Shown piece after piece: positions 1 through 14,600 of a stretch of 41,253 nt of DNA; the first letter of the stretch is position 1; each line of letters begins with the position of its first letter. This DNA is from Trichoplax adhaerens (taxonomy: Eukaryota; Animalia; Placozoa), in contig NW_002060980.1 of the NCBI RefSeq assembly GCF_000150275.1, forward strand, positions 244,960 through 286,212, given 5' to 3'. The notes beneath the pieces are model-generated. The model saw only the letters and a list, made by a program, of their open reading frames with translations, made no database searches and was not told the origin of the DNA. The position numbers and the translations under genes were made by a program.

Positions 1-412
1 AGCTTATAGTTGCTTACTTATCTTATGTTCCCATAGCTTAATGGCTGCTTACTGATCTTATGTTCCACATAGCTTAATAGATGCTAACTGATCTTATGTT
101 CCACATAGCTTAATAGCTGCTTACTGATCTTATGTTCCACATAGCTTAATGGCTGCTTACTGATCTTATGTTCCACATAGCTTAATAGCTGCTTACTGAT
201 CTTAAATTCCACATAGCTTAATAGTTTCTTACTGATCTTATGTTCCACATAGCTTAATAGTTGCTTACTAATCTTATGTTCCACATAGCTTAATAGTTGC
301 TTACTTATCTTATGTTCCACATAGGTTAATAGCTGCTTACTGATCTTATGTTCCACATAGCTTAATATCATTATCTTCGTTGCTTACTAATCTTATGTTC
401 CACATAGCTTAT
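1..412. repeat. 36-bp tandem minisatellite, unit ~GCTTACTGATCTTATGTTCCACATAGCTTAATAGCT, ~11 copies, truncated by the window start
   Basis: Direct tandem copies are visible. The minus-strand ORF 84..371 is just the 12-aa translation (SYVEHKISKQLL)n of the unit. Confidence 0.95.
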
Positions 413-749
413 TCTCATCATATTCTACATAGACTGTCTGTCGTTTTAATGTCTCATATGGCTAGCAGTTATTATAGCTTCGACAGAACTTTTCACTTTA
501 ATGTTCCCTTAAGCTAGTACTCACGATTTCCACTTAATTGGTCCTCACCATTGGTCCTCACCATTTTCAACATTTTTTGTCGTCATAATTTCCCACGTAG
601 TCTATCGTCGTAAATGTTCTACATTTCGTCATAAAGTTCGACGTAATTGGTCGTTAGGATACATCACCATTTCATCATGAAGGTTTACCACGTTGTTTTT
701 TGGCTAAAATTATAGTTTATCATTATATTTTACGCGTAGTTTCTCGTTA

Positions 750-2360
750 TTTTGATATGTCCCATATGTGGTTTATTATTATGTTCCACATAGTTTAACG
801 ATATGTTCTTGATAATGGCATAGTGTTCCACATAATTTATTGATGTAACGTAATTATATATGATATTATCCCGAATAATTGTATATGTGATTTGGTTCAC
901 TATACGGTACAGTGCGAGCTAGTTGATAAGCGTCACTTGTCTACAGTTATGCATATAGAAGACGAGTTATCTATGTTATACACCAGTTCTGTTACTAGCC
1001 TCTGTGTGTGTGATTCTTGTGAATAACCTGAATAAAAGTCCTGATACTTTTCAGAGTCTAAAGACGAATCTAAATGACTGAGTTTCCCATTAAGGAAAAC
1101 CGTACATCGTATACTGTATTTATTTGGTTAGTATTTTTTACATAACCTTACGTCAAAATGTTCTGCATACTGTAGCTATATCTATAATTATATGCAATGT
1201 TGCACATCGTTTATTACAATGTTCCACATAGTTTAACGTTATGAAAAGTTCCACAAAGTTCATTATTATAACACAGTATTTCTATACGTTCATTTATTAT
1301 TATGTTTCATATATACTGTAGTAGTAGAGATATCGGAATGTTTCATATACTGTACAGTACTCTATCATTATTTTTTTATACCCTGTAGTTTATCGTTAGT
1401 ATGATCTGCATAGTTCACCGTTTCTATTTTTAACATTGTAGATTGTATTCCACATAGTTTATCGTTATCGCGTTCCATGTAGTTAATCGTTATGTTATGC
1501 TATACTTGTTATAGTCATTGACCACTAGATGATTTAGATAAAGTAATAGTTTTATGATAACTTTTATCCTTATTTTTATTTGGCACCGTTGATAGTTGAT
1601 TGTCGTTATGTTCCACATAATTTATCGTTATTACCAATCCTATTTAACATAGTTGATCAATATTAACTTAGTACTTACTTCTACATATTAGATTGTTACA
1701 TAATGTTCCATGCTTGATTGTTGCATTTCATATACAGGCATAATTAAATTAAAATTATTTGATTGATATGATGTTCCACACAGTTACTCGTCATTATGTT
1801 CCACATAATTGATACTTTTATGTTCCTCATACAGATTCTGTAGTCCATCATCATAATTTTCTTCGTAGCTTATCGTCTCCTATTCCATACACTGTAATAT
1901 ATCCTAGTTATGTTTCACAAATTACTTCGTTATTATGTTCCGCATTAGTGAATGTTTAAACGGTAGACTTCAGACTTTTCGTACATTTAGCAGTTACATT
2001 TCACAAAACGGCTTCGATTAAGTTTTATCAGTAATCATCTTTATTCATCATTACTAATTTCCGCCTTGCTTATTTATTTTATTTTATTTTATCTCGGATA
2101 CAGTAGTTAACATTAACGCAATCGTTTTTTTGCATGGCTATTATCATTATAATATGATTTAGGCTTTGCATAGCTTAACATGTGAGTTCTAAATATTTCA
2201 TCGCAACGCTTCATTTAGTTTATCATCATTGTAATGCACTTCATCCAGTGGTTTATCATCAATGTACTCTGCACAGCTTATCATTGTGAGTATTCTGATT
2301 ACCATATTTTTTGCAAAGATTACACTAATTATAATTATATTCATATTCCACACAATTTAT
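750..2360 (+). repeat. Degenerate satellite field with recurring core (T)ATGTTCCACATAGTTTATCGTT
   Basis: Many diverged copies, e.g. near 780, 825, 1220, 1447, 1608, 1770, 1797, 1935, 2345. Same core as the 36-bp unit. Confidence 0.75.
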
Positions 2361-2918
2361 GCAATACTATTTAACAGTAAAGTTTCATCTTGATTAAATA
2401 GCATATTCCAGCAGTTGTTTATATGAAAGTACCTATATTTTATTCACAGTACCTTACAATCTATTAACATGTTACTATGATGAAATAGAGCGCTACGTTA
2501 CTGTCGTATTAGTAAATGTACGATTTGATGGTATTTAGCAAGTGAGGCAATGAACTATAAAATGTTTATTAAAAGCTTTTGGTTCTCATTTGCTAATTAG
2601 TAATGATAAAAATCTGCAATAGCTTAAGATATGACTGTGCTTAGTTGTAAATTGTTATTAGAAAAGGAGATTATTTACCAAATATATTTAGTAAATCATA
2701 CATTCTTAAATGTTCTATACAGCTTATGAGATCTGGCTTAACTCATAAACTACTGGGCAGCAAGTAAATGCATAGCATGTACTAAATGATGCTTCACATA
2801 TTATATAAGCTATTAATCCGAAGTAACTAGCATTACTGAATTACTGTGCCTATTTATGAGCTGCTAAATGTACGCTTTAAAGTGTATCTTTATTAACCAC
2901 ATGTTAAAAGTCTTCGGA

Positions 2919-3680
2919 TTATCTGAAGATCGGAGAGTCGCCAATGTCTTTTAGAGTATCATAAATAACAAATCCAGCTCCTTCTTTGTATATTATAATT
3001 GTGCTGCTGTACTGCCACCATTTGATTATAATAACGAATGGGGTTCACTTCTATCCGGAGTCTGCTTTACAGTAAATAGAGATAAGATGACGATATCTCA
3101 ATAGTATGCAAGCAACACATACACTAGAAAAGCGAGAAAGTTATTTAGTAGTCTTACAAATATAATTATTGGACTAAGCGAAAGATTCCGAGACTGGCTG
3201 TCACTATAATCAATAATAGAAGAAATGTTGTTACGATGTAAGGGATATAATTATGATCTACAGTATAAATTTACAGACTACTGTGCAGTGCCAATAAGCT
3301 TCCATAGCTCACAGTTAAACACTAACCAAGTAATCATTTAAAATTACTACTTTTATCTACTTAACTCTCATCAGTATATTTAAGGCTGATTATTGTATCC
3401 ATTTTAAAGTTGTATCAATCGTGATAAATTTGTAAATTAAATTATTATGATTAGGAATGTGAATGACGTCTGCAGACTTGCTCTATTTACAAGAATGCAA
3501 GTGATACGAACCTGCGGCTAGGAACGTCAATCCGTATCGGTTAAGGGAACTCGATTTGATACTACGACTCTGCTTTAAAATGTATAAAGATGCGCCACTA
3601 CACACAGTAAAAGCAGTTAGTTTACAACTAAGACAATCACCATTCTTGGATGTAGTTCTCGGTTGACTTGGATTTGGCAT
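2919..3680 (-). CDS. DMAC1: DMAC1/TMEM261-like (DUF4536) small mitochondrial membrane protein, ~77 aa, two exons
   Basis: Exon 1 3680..3512 encodes MPNPSQ...GDCLSCKLTAFTVCSGASLYIL...RYGLTFLAA, with the D-C-x-S-C plus TM pattern of DUF4536. Donor G|GTTCGT. Best exon 2 is 2980..2919 (acceptor AAAGAAG|), which completes the second helix GAGFVIYDTLKDIGDSPIFR*. Exon 2 is less certain than exon 1. Confidence 0.7.
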
Positions 3681-5423
3681 TGCAGTTCTCGATCAGTATT
3701 GGAAAAGTGCGCAAATTTGTCCTCGTAAATCTCTCTCTTCATGAAGACATTACAAAGAAAAATGGTCTTTACATTGTATGTATTTCCAGTTAATAATAGT
3801 TTTAGTCAGCTTACTTTCTTATCTGATAGTATACGTAAAATAAATTCAATATCGAAGGTCAAATTTCAATTTCAAAATAATCATGTCAATTTACCAAGTG
3901 GTGCAATCTTTCCTACTTTCGAGTCCCATTCAGCTAATTGATTGATCTTCAATTACATCAAAGACTCGCTAAAGGTATAGTATATGCGTATGTGTATGGT
4001 ATTGGATATAGATCTGAATAAATTGCACCTAGCGAGAGTAGTTCCAACTTACTCGTCAGTAGTTCTACAACTGAATTAATTCAGGCCCCACTACTGCCTT
4101 TGACAGTTGTAGTGCACCTCGGGCTACCAGAGCTACTTATGAGGCAGTTATTGAGACTTACTTCGCCAGGATATTCCTGTATCTGCGCAGACGTACTGTA
4201 TGGTGTGGGTTGGACAAGGTTGCAGCCTGTCATACTTGTACCTATACCATGGTTGTATCATGGGCTACTGCCTACTGGCAGTGTTCATACTTTCCCAAAG
4301 AACTAGACATGCTGCCTTTTGCAGTTTAATAGTACAGTATACTATAGTAGCGAAGTCTGTCCGTACTGCTACTGTAAATCCTTCATACTTGGCGTTATTG
4401 GAGAAACTTGACACGTCAATGGAGTCTTGATGAAGCACGTTATCGAATGAATGGTGGTGATCTTGGAAACAGAGAACTTGGATTGATTTCAAATTGACTA
4501 CTTCAATACTGACAATTGGCTTACTATAGCTGCTCATAAACTTAACTCATCATTAGTTCTGGATATGTAAACTTGGCAATGTTACTTACTTCAAAATCCG
4601 TTATAGCAGCACTTTGATGGAACCTTGGTAACACGTCTATCAGATTGATCCCTGCACTTGCAAAATGTACAAGAGCTTATAGATCCATACCAAGTCAAGC
4701 TGAACGTTGAAATAGCTTTGAATCAACTGATTTTGAATCAAGTAGTAGCGCTCTTGTCATACTAAATAGCAAATTTATCAATCAACTGACATAGTGTATC
4801 GTCCTGTCAAGTTTCTATCACCAATGATTGGCCTACATGTTCCATAACTTGGGTCTTTTCATTGTTGCCGGAAGTAGAGTAATCAATTATTGACTGTAAG
4901 CTTGATACAACATCAATAGAAATAGAATACACCAAGTAGACGGTCTTAGTATATGTTAATGAAGTGATGATAGTGACTGTAATTCATGCAATTTAGCGTT
5001 GATTTTAGATGTATATAACTCTTACATACGTTACTAAACTATACTTACTTTTAGGCAATCTTTTCAGCTAAATAGGCAGTGATTACCTTATAGTCGGTTA
5101 AATTACATTTAATCCAAGCCATTTGATCGATTCATCCCATATTGAAGGTAGCAATTTGAAGTTGAAAAACGAATTAGAAGCACTACAAGAAATTCGTGGT
5201 CGTAAAAGGAATTTAGTCTTATATCAAGTTGGCAATACTGGATACTAAATCAGGATACTATAAAGAATTGAAAGAATTTGATGCAAGCGCTGATTTTGGT
5301 AAATTATTATCATGCATTTATCACCTACATCTACTTAACTTAATTGTATCTATTCTTATCAAATTGTTAAATGGCGTATAACCTGCTCTGTTAAACTATG
5401 CTAAAATGTGGGATACAGTAACA

Positions 5424-8400
5424 ATGAATACGCAGAGCTTTAAGTGTTGTTCATGCAAACAAGAAGATGGCAGGTTTGTTCGCAAAATAAGATATTCTTT
5501 CTTACTTACATACCAACGATCTAGTATATCTTGAGGCAAACCCTGAAAAGATGTACTGACTATCTGCAACATTAATAACCCTTCTATATTTAAATTTCAG
5601 GACATATTCTTTTGATAGACGATTTCTCCGACGCCTTTATCTTATTTTAACTAAGGTAGTCTTCTCGTCATGGCTTACATCTACCTCCTTTCTACTTTTT
5701 CTGCTCTTAGGGGCTTCTATAATTGGTAAGAGTAGCTTTGGTAGGGTATTTAGCAGTGCAATTAGTCATGGTAAATTGCAAATACTCATTTTAGAAATGT
5801 TTTCCATTAAGCTTTTCAATCAACGATTATTCCGGTAGTAATAGTTTGGTTTAATGTGTTGTTCTGAGCAATTGGTACAGTGCCGTAGTACCACCTGATC
5901 TAGAATAGCATTAATGTACTATACGTGTGGATGCGCTTGTACCTTCAGTGATGTCAAACCGAATGAGAAATTCGGGGATGGTAATGATATACCGTAAATA
6001 TATCTATCATAGTCGTCACAATTTCGAAAAAGTGAACAATAGTGAGCGAAGTAATGATTTTTAAAATGCAGTGTAGGTAGTCTACCCTGAATTCTACGAG
6101 ATATACCGCCTTCAAACTAGCCATAAATTTAGTTGTTACTTTTCTTGGTAAATGTTGTAATATTATTATATATTATATATGTGACTATCAAATAATTTTA
6201 GGTTCGTAATATGTTTACTCACATGCAAGGATTTTGTTAATTTACTTTCTATACTAACTGTAGTACTTCCAGTTGTACATATTTCACTCTACCTTGCGAC
6301 TGTCAACTTATATGTGTATTACAATATGTAGTGAGAATTTGATCATTTTACCTGATTTGATTTAGATCTAGTAGTTATCAAATCAAATATCCATTTATTA
6401 TGAGTGTGTATTAGTAAACGTTCCTGAAGCTATTTTTACTTGATAATTGGTTAATATTTATGAGTAATTCATTACTTTTAGAGGAATGGATCATCTACCA
6501 AGTTGGATTGATACCGAGTCATTTCTATACTGTGTTGACTGAAAGAGATGCGAACGGTTTCTATCGACTGATATGGATCTCCGTAGTGTATATAATTACT
6601 ACAGCCACGGTGAGTTTTGTAATATCTCTTTTAAAGTGTAAAACTATGCTAATTAGTTGATACTTTTGCTTCGATCGATAAGATTTAATCTGTAATAAGG
6701 ATTTAATGTAATAAGTGTAGGTTCAAGGGTTACATATACAATACGCCATTACCCACCTTACAATACTTACAACGGTATTAACTTATGCCAGTAAAAACGA
6801 ATAATATACAGATTTGCTAGTTACTATAACTAAACTGATTAGTTGAACATAGCAAAACTTGATGAATCGTTTAATGGTGTAGTTTGTTATGATAGTTCCT
6901 GAATATACTAGGGGATAATGTTTTGAAACGTAAGGCAATTATATTAGATACAAATTAGCTGCATACAGCTAATGCAATTTAGCTATCGCCTGAACACTTA
7001 ATTAAAATTATATACGCGTATATCTACCCTTTTATGACAGGCTAAGGGTGCGAGGATTTATGTTTCACAAGTGCTATACGTCACCAGTCGTCGAATTTTA
7101 AGCTTGCAGTTACACAAGAAATATTTTGACGATGATTCTTATTATCAACTACATTTTCTGCATCCTGAAATTGATAATCCGTAAGTTAATAACTGATTTA
7201 TTAAATTTAAATTGATAGTATAATACTTTTAAATATTACGGTAGTCTATAAATCTTTCAAATGCATACAACTTCATAGCGTAGTATGGACATGCTCATCT
7301 GATCCATACGCAACTTAATTTTGTAGCGATCAACGTATAAGTCAAGATGTAGACCGATTTTGTCAAAAAATGAGCACCATCATTCCGAAGATTATTGTTT
7401 CCGTATTTGTCATCTCTTATTACACGTATCAAACATACGTTAGGTAAATTTTGGATGCATTATACAATCTTATGCAGCCTTTATACAACCTTTCCAATTT
7501 ATTACAACACTAATGACACTTAATATTGAATGATACCAAAAGTATGATATCTATGTTAAAAGTAAAATTGTTAACCTTTTCATTTACTTATAGTGCTGGA
7601 TATACTGGACCTGTATCAATCTACACATATTTTATCGCTTGCGCAATCATCAATCGTTTCATTATCGCGAGATTAGTAAAAATAATTGTATTACAGGAGC
7701 AATGTGAAGGCGACTTCAGGTATAATCAATATGCATTTTATAATTTGCAAGTCAACCAATTAAAGTAACTACGTTATATGATATAAAATGATATAAGAAA
7801 TAGTTATTTATTACTTTCACAGATACAGACATATGCTTATCAGATCAAATGCTGAATGTATCGCATTTAGCCAGTAAGTGCTTAGCGCAAAACCTATTTT
7901 AATTTAATTGTATTCGCTACAGTGACCCGTTTAAAATTTTAAGTTTTATTTCAAAATTCTCATAAAGTATTAATATATTAATTCTGCTTCATATCTACCA
8001 TAATAGTGGAGGTTACACAGAAGGTGTAAAAACTAATAGCAAATTGCAGGTATTGTTTGTAGTGCATGTTCTACGATCTTATTTACTGTCTTGTATAGAT
8101 TAACAAAATTATATCAACATCTAACTTTCTATAGAATCTGCTAGCTACGCAATATAAATTAGTGAATAAAGAATTAATACTTCACCGTAAGTATGCTAAT
8201 TGTAATACCGTTTTTCTTTTATTAATTATGCATAATAGCTATCATTATCTCAAGGCGAGAGATTCTAATTTTAAGTTTGCTTGTGCAGTTTTTGTCAACC
8301 TGTTCGACTATCTTGGATCTATCATGAGCTACATGATCATAGGGTTTCCCATCATTAATGGAATGTATGATGGCGTGTCTGATATTAGTAGCATAATTAG

Positions 8401-10484
8401 TAAGGTATTGCTTTTTTACGGTTGCGGGGCAGTAGTATAGATTATACGATATAGAAGCTTGTCTTGAGCTTCTTTAATACATAGTAATTCAGGATATGTT
8501 ATATTTACGTTGTGGTAAAAAATAGTATTTCCTTTTCCTTTTCAGAATTCGTTTTTTTCGTTGTATTTAATAAATTCCTTTTCGCAATTGATGGATTTAT
8601 CAGCCGGTTTATCTGATTTAGCTGGATACACTCATCGGTAAGATTATCACTAAAAACTTGGCACGTTCTAGGATAGACTTGCACAATATTGGTGCAATAC
8701 CTATTACTATTTTTACGAGCTTGCAACTCGTAATTAATAGGATCTATGGAATAATGACTTGTCTACAAAAATTAAAGTTCAAAGAAAAAAGAGAAAATCC
8801 TCAAACAAATAGGTAATGCGGAGGTGTTACGAATTGTTTCTGGTTAGGACTAATTTCATAATAACTTTTATAACCTATATTAGCAACGCTGAAAGAGTTG
8901 AAGATGATCACGAATTGCTGCTTGCTGCTGATAGCCTATCTAACAACTCAGAATTGGAATCCCTTAGCCTTAATTGTAACAATTTACAACCTGAAACGAG
9001 AATATCTGAAGATATTCATATCGGTACTAATGATGAATCTTTAACTGCATTCTTTATTAAAAGAATCAGCTACGTTGCACCTGGAGGCACCAACTACTTA
9101 GTAGAAGGTATCTAAATTTTACTAGTAGTTTAGATTACTATGAATTTCAACTTTCATGTTGTTACATGCAAATGTATCTAAGCAATTCTTCTGATTCTTT
9201 CCATATGGATACGTTTCTGTATGAAATAACGATAGATTTAAATCTACAAATTAAAGTGGGTGAAAATCTCCTTATTAATGGTGACACTGGTAATGTATAT
9301 TTGGTAGTGATTAATTCTAAGATGGATATCTAATACAGGTACCCCGTGATACTACTGAACATATGACTCTGATAAGGAAACGTTCTATTTCCTAGGAACG
9401 GGTAAAAGTTCGCTATTGAGAATTCTCGCGGGGTTATGGCTTCCTTCAAAAGGTAAAAATTTACAAAATACTAAAAGATCTACGACCTTCTAATATAGTT
9501 ACCAATTTTTTAATAATTAAATTTTATATCCCCCTAGGATCTATAATTCGCAATCCTTTTTATAATATCATGTTCGTACCTCAGAGAGCTTATCTGACAG
9601 ATGGTAGTCTTAGACAACAAGTACTAATGAGTTCCATCCATATGATTATGATTAACCTTAGCCTTAATGGTTATGAAATAACCCATGATTAATTGTTTTG
9701 ATAGATTATGTATCCGTTGAATGATATTTCCAATGGTAGTATTTTAAGAAATCAAGGTATTGCTAATTTTATGAACTAAAAAAGATTTATAGATTCTATT
9801 ACAGTAGTGAGATCATATGATTTTTTAATCTTTATTTCAGTACCATCATTAATTGATGAATCGAGATTTTTAAGTGCTTTGGATCTAACCGGTTTGGTAA
9901 GCTTTCTTGTTTAGTGTATAATATGGAAAGTAGTTGAAATTGACAGTATTTGCTAGTAGTTGCTAACACTTGATTAATTCTATCGTAGTATCATATCGTG
10001 GAACGTACCGGTGGTTTGGATTCATTACCTTCTGCTAATTGGCTTGAAATATTATCTCCAGGAGAAGTTCAACGTTTGATGTTTGCTAGACTTTTTTATC
10101 ATCAACCATCTATAGCAAGTAAATACTTTGGATTAATGGGAGAATCACATTCTGATTGTTTTTTTCAAACTTGAAGTAAAATTATATCCTTAATGTAGTT
10201 GTAGATGAAGCGACCAGTGCATTAGATATAGAGACGGAATCTCAGCTCTATGAAACTTGCAGGCAGTTAAACATTACCATGATTAGTGTTGGTCATCGAT
10301 CAAACCTTAATAAGGTATGTTGGTACAGATAGGAACTGTTGTAGCTTCTTGTTATGTGTGTATATGTGTAAAAGTATCAATCAGCTAATATGAATTTGCA
10401 TTACAGTTTCATTCTCGTCGGTTAAAACTGGATGAAAGTGGTTCGTGGACTGTTGAAGATATTTCACAAACTGTTGTTGAATAA
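5424..10484 (+). CDS. ABCD4: ABC transporter subfamily D member 4 (lysosomal cobalamin exporter-type half transporter), 21 exons
   Basis: GT-AG exons: 5424-5473 (alternative in-frame ATG 5406), 5601-5725, 6482-6609, 7041-7180, 7327-7443, 7594-7719, 7823-7873, 8007-8049, 8135-8186, 8289-8404, 8546-8637, 8741-8812, 8884-9107, 9236-9289, 9396-9452, 9538-9620, 9705-9756, 9841-9896, 9989-10118, 10199-10314, 10407-10484. Motifs: [50 protein letters not shown], Walker A GDTGTGKSS, signature LSPGEVQRL, Walker [11 protein letters not shown]-loop SVGHR. The short N-terminus lacks the ABCD1-3 extension. Confidence 0.93.
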
Positions 10485-11600
10485 TAAAGTTAAATACGTT
10501 TTATTTGTTTTTAATAATATACTTTTACTGCTATGACGTGCAGTACGACTTTTATATCTATATTCTGATGTTACAAATTTTGTTAATAGCTGTTATTCAG
10601 CATTACTTATCGCCAAGCGTTTCCTCAAGTTTATGAAACGTTCATCCTAGAACTTATCATAATTTGTAAAGTTTATAAAACCAATTTTTATCATAGATCA
10701 GTATACAGGCAAGCTTAATTGCTGTAGCTTTTTAAGATACACGTATACAGTATTCACGAATATAAATTAGTTCAATCTTTTGTTATTTTTATTGTTATAA
10801 ATGCTTCTATACTAGCATAGTCCAATTTCAATTGACAAAGGAGAATGATGAATAATAAACGCTTAAAGCTGGCCTTACGAGACACTTTTGGTATTGCGAA
10901 TACTGGCATTTAATGAATAAAATATTACGATCCTTTTCTAATTCTGTACCATAACCTTGAGATTATTCTGTAAATAGTTGTATAATATCATTCATGGTAT
11001 ATAGATTTAATTCTTGATGATATTTCTTCTAGGAAATTATAGCTAAGAGACGACTTTATTTCGCTAACTATTTATCATTCCATATTATATTTTTCAGCTG
11101 TTAAATACGTGTTTTATGAGGATATAAAACTGCGACTATACGTGAATAAACTATATGTACAAACAATCGAGTAAATTAAATGATCGATTATGCGGGAATT
11201 TTGACGTCCAAGTTGTTTATAACGTAGCATCACGGGTAGAGTGCAGCAATTCCATTGGGCACGGGTACACTATAGTTGTGTATGACATTATCCACGTATC
11301 GTACAGTACAGAACTGTTGTAACTTCCAACTGCTACACTGGATACAGTACTACTAGTAAGTATAGTATGCTACGAGCATGACACTATAGTCTCATACATG
11401 ACTTAAGGTACAGTGTAAAAACTGCTGCTGCAGTAGTGGAAGCCACTAATACAGTCATTATTGCACTATAACTTACGTATAGTACTCTGACTGCATTTCC
11501 AGCTTTCCTTCTTAGCTTATAAACAGTGAACTTAAGACCTGAAAGAGTTAAGAAAATATTGCTTTCCAAATCGGTAACTCTCATTTTTAGAGCTGCTAAA

Positions 11601-14600
11601 ATGTTGAGACGTATTCCTACAGCTGTGCGTGTAGCCAACTGGACTAGAAGCTTAGCTACAGTCAGTAATAGTGGTGGAGATACCGTTCAGAAAACAAGCA
11701 AGTTTGATATTGTAATTGCTGGCGGAGGAATGGTCGGCTCTGCAATGGCTTGCAGCATAGGTTAGTTTCGACTCTTAAATGATAATAATAACTAAATTTG
11801 ACGAGACATCAATAATCAAGGTAAATAATAACGATATAATTGGTAATGGTGATAATTATAATTATCTTACTACCTATGCTGGACTAGAATAATACGTATT
11901 TCAATATTGTTGTGCTTCACTTCAGCTATGCTTTATAAATCCGTTGTGTAGCAATCTGTATCAGAATCTCAGCTGAAAGGCCTTTCAATTTATAACCCCT
12001 GACATTTGAAAGGCAGACAATTATCGTGATTAAATTTCATCGTTTTATGCAAATAATGCATGCAAGCTAAAAGAACTGATTTGATCGTATGTATCAATCA
12101 TTACTGTTTATTCCTTCGTTTGAAATGGAATGATTCTGAAAATATGTACACTTGCACAGTCAATATATGACCAAAACATTGGATAAGAACCTTTGGTTAT
12201 TATAATTACGATTACATTTTTAACAATTTTATTATTACCGACGATTTGCTCTTCCTTTCTCTGAGTCTTCATATCTGCAATGCTGTGCTATATTTCGATA
12301 TGGTACTATCTACTACTATACTTTGATGTGATAATATCATATTTGCTATGAAATCAATACAGGAAAGTTGTTGTAGCGACTTGCTCAGGTTACTGTGTTT
12401 TATGTTCCTGTAAAGAAACACAATTACCTAGATTGCTATACCTGAACATGCACACTGCACAGTCTTTGATTGTTCAAGATTTGCTTATGGTACTATCAAC
12501 TGCACATCGATGCGATCCAGTATGTTGTTTACGATAATTATAATTCTAACCGATATACTGTAGGAAGATCACAGTGACAACTTGTATAAGTGGTTACTCT
12601 GTTTCATGTAGCTCACCGTTATCGCCTGCTTAGCAACTGTGGGAGAGAATAATACATATAAAATAGACAATATAGGACATTGCAGTCCTTGCATCAGAAT
12701 CATAGGCTAATTTATCAACTTTTGGGATTGGTCAAAGCTGACTTTCTTGGAACGATTGCTTGCACACTATTGATATGGTCTAGATTTTCCTGAATACTAT
12801 TTTTTAAGCCTCGACTTGTATTCTTGATTTAAAGCGCTATGACGTCCATTTCTGAGGTGCATAAACAGTATACTGTGCTCATTCCAGATACTGTATGACA
12901 CAGCGACACCTGTACTGGTATTCTCCAATCTCGACTTGACTGTTATGGCTATATACAAGATGGTGACCATTATCCATCTTGAGATACTGGGAAAACAACT
13001 CTATTGACCTAATTAATCGTCTAAGTATTACTATCCAATTCACAGCTGTATATTGAATCATGAACTACTCGATACTATACCGAAGAATACAGCAGCATGT
13101 AGTCATCCATGATTGAATGATATACACCTTGTAAACGTTCTGTATCTAGACCTATTAACCTCTCTTATTATGTCTTATTAGGCTATAGTACGGCATCTTC
13201 TCTCTTTAGTAGTCCCTGTTAATAGGATACGAGTACAACACAGCTGTATATTGAATCTTGTATACGTTCTATAGGCACTTAGAGCGATTACCCTCTATAA
13301 TATCCTATTAGGCTATAGTGTAGCATCTTACTAGGATGCTAGACAACTCCATTTCAGTTATCCATTAATTACGCGTATCGATCAATTATAATCAATCGAG
13401 AGCAAGATGACAATGTGTGATGTTATAAGTAGAAGAAGTGCACATGCATTATACAGTCTAGAGAGATTTGAAGATTATTTACTATATCGAAGCAAAGGTC
13501 GAAAATAATATCAACCATAGCAATGATTTTGAAATATGTACATAGACAGATACTCTCAGCCTTGGATAGCTACAAGCTATCACCCGTCTGATATAGCCTT
13601 ATTGAACGATTCCTAAATTAACAGTTACTTATTTGATAACGGCGTACCGTGGCCCACACACGACATATAGCCTTATTTAACTATTCATGAACCGTTTCTT
13701 ATTTAAATTGAACTCCATTTTGACCAAGACTAAAGCAATTTGCTGCTTGTCATCACTATATAGGGATTGAAAGCTACCATAGCTGCAAGTGAAATTGGAC
13801 TCGCACTACAGTACAGTAGTTGACACCCGTTAGGGGATGGGTGATGAGAAATGACACTCTACTTATATATGATCCAGTGAATGACTCCAAGCTATGCTCA
13901 GGCTACAGCAGTGTTTACCATGACGTGCTTAGCTAGTGAGTTACTATGAATGACCTCCATAGTGATATTTTGTGAAGAACTTTGACTGCGTTAACCTTGC
14001 AAGAGTCATGGTAACCTCAGTGGACAATCTTCGTGCAAAATAGATGTCACCCATGGGTCAAGTAGTCTGTTGCGTAGTCATGTCATGGTACTGACGTAAC
14101 ATGACTGTATTTTTGCGTTTCAATTTGCTTTGCACTGTCGATGGTGATGGTTTGAGCGTCAAATTGAGATACTGTACTGCAGTAAATATCACCCATGGAT
14201 CAAGCAGTCAGTGGCGTAGACATACTATAGTAGTGAAGTAAGACACTGTATTTTTGCTTTGCATTGGTAATGATTTAAATGGTCATGTCGCCCTACACTA
14301 CAGCAGAGCACTGTAGGAGTCCCTTTCTTCCAAAAGCAAGACAAAATCGAAGGGACGACCTGGATAGGGCAGTGTACAGTGTAGAGTACAGTACTGTCCA
14401 CTGTCCTTCTGTCTGTCTCTTTACGGTGCTATACACTAGTAGTCCTGTTCCACCAGACAGGTTCAATCAACCCCCGCCAAGCAATGTGACAGTATATGTG
14501 TCACGGTACTGTACTGTACACTATACACCAACGCCTGGCATCAGTATCATGTGCCAATGATGACGACAAGCACTCTTTGAAATCCCACCATTATCGGCCA

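Noticed and set aside
84-371. 95-aa repeat protein (SYVEHKISKQLL)n
   Set aside because: It is the translation of a 36-bp minisatellite whose unit is a multiple of three; there is no independent gene evidence.
3741-5300. Short ORFs between DMAC1 and ABCD4, including 4265..4537 and a stretch ending LVLYQVGNTGY*
   Set aside because: No recognisable family or consistent splice chain; more likely promoter and 5' UTR exons of ABCD4.
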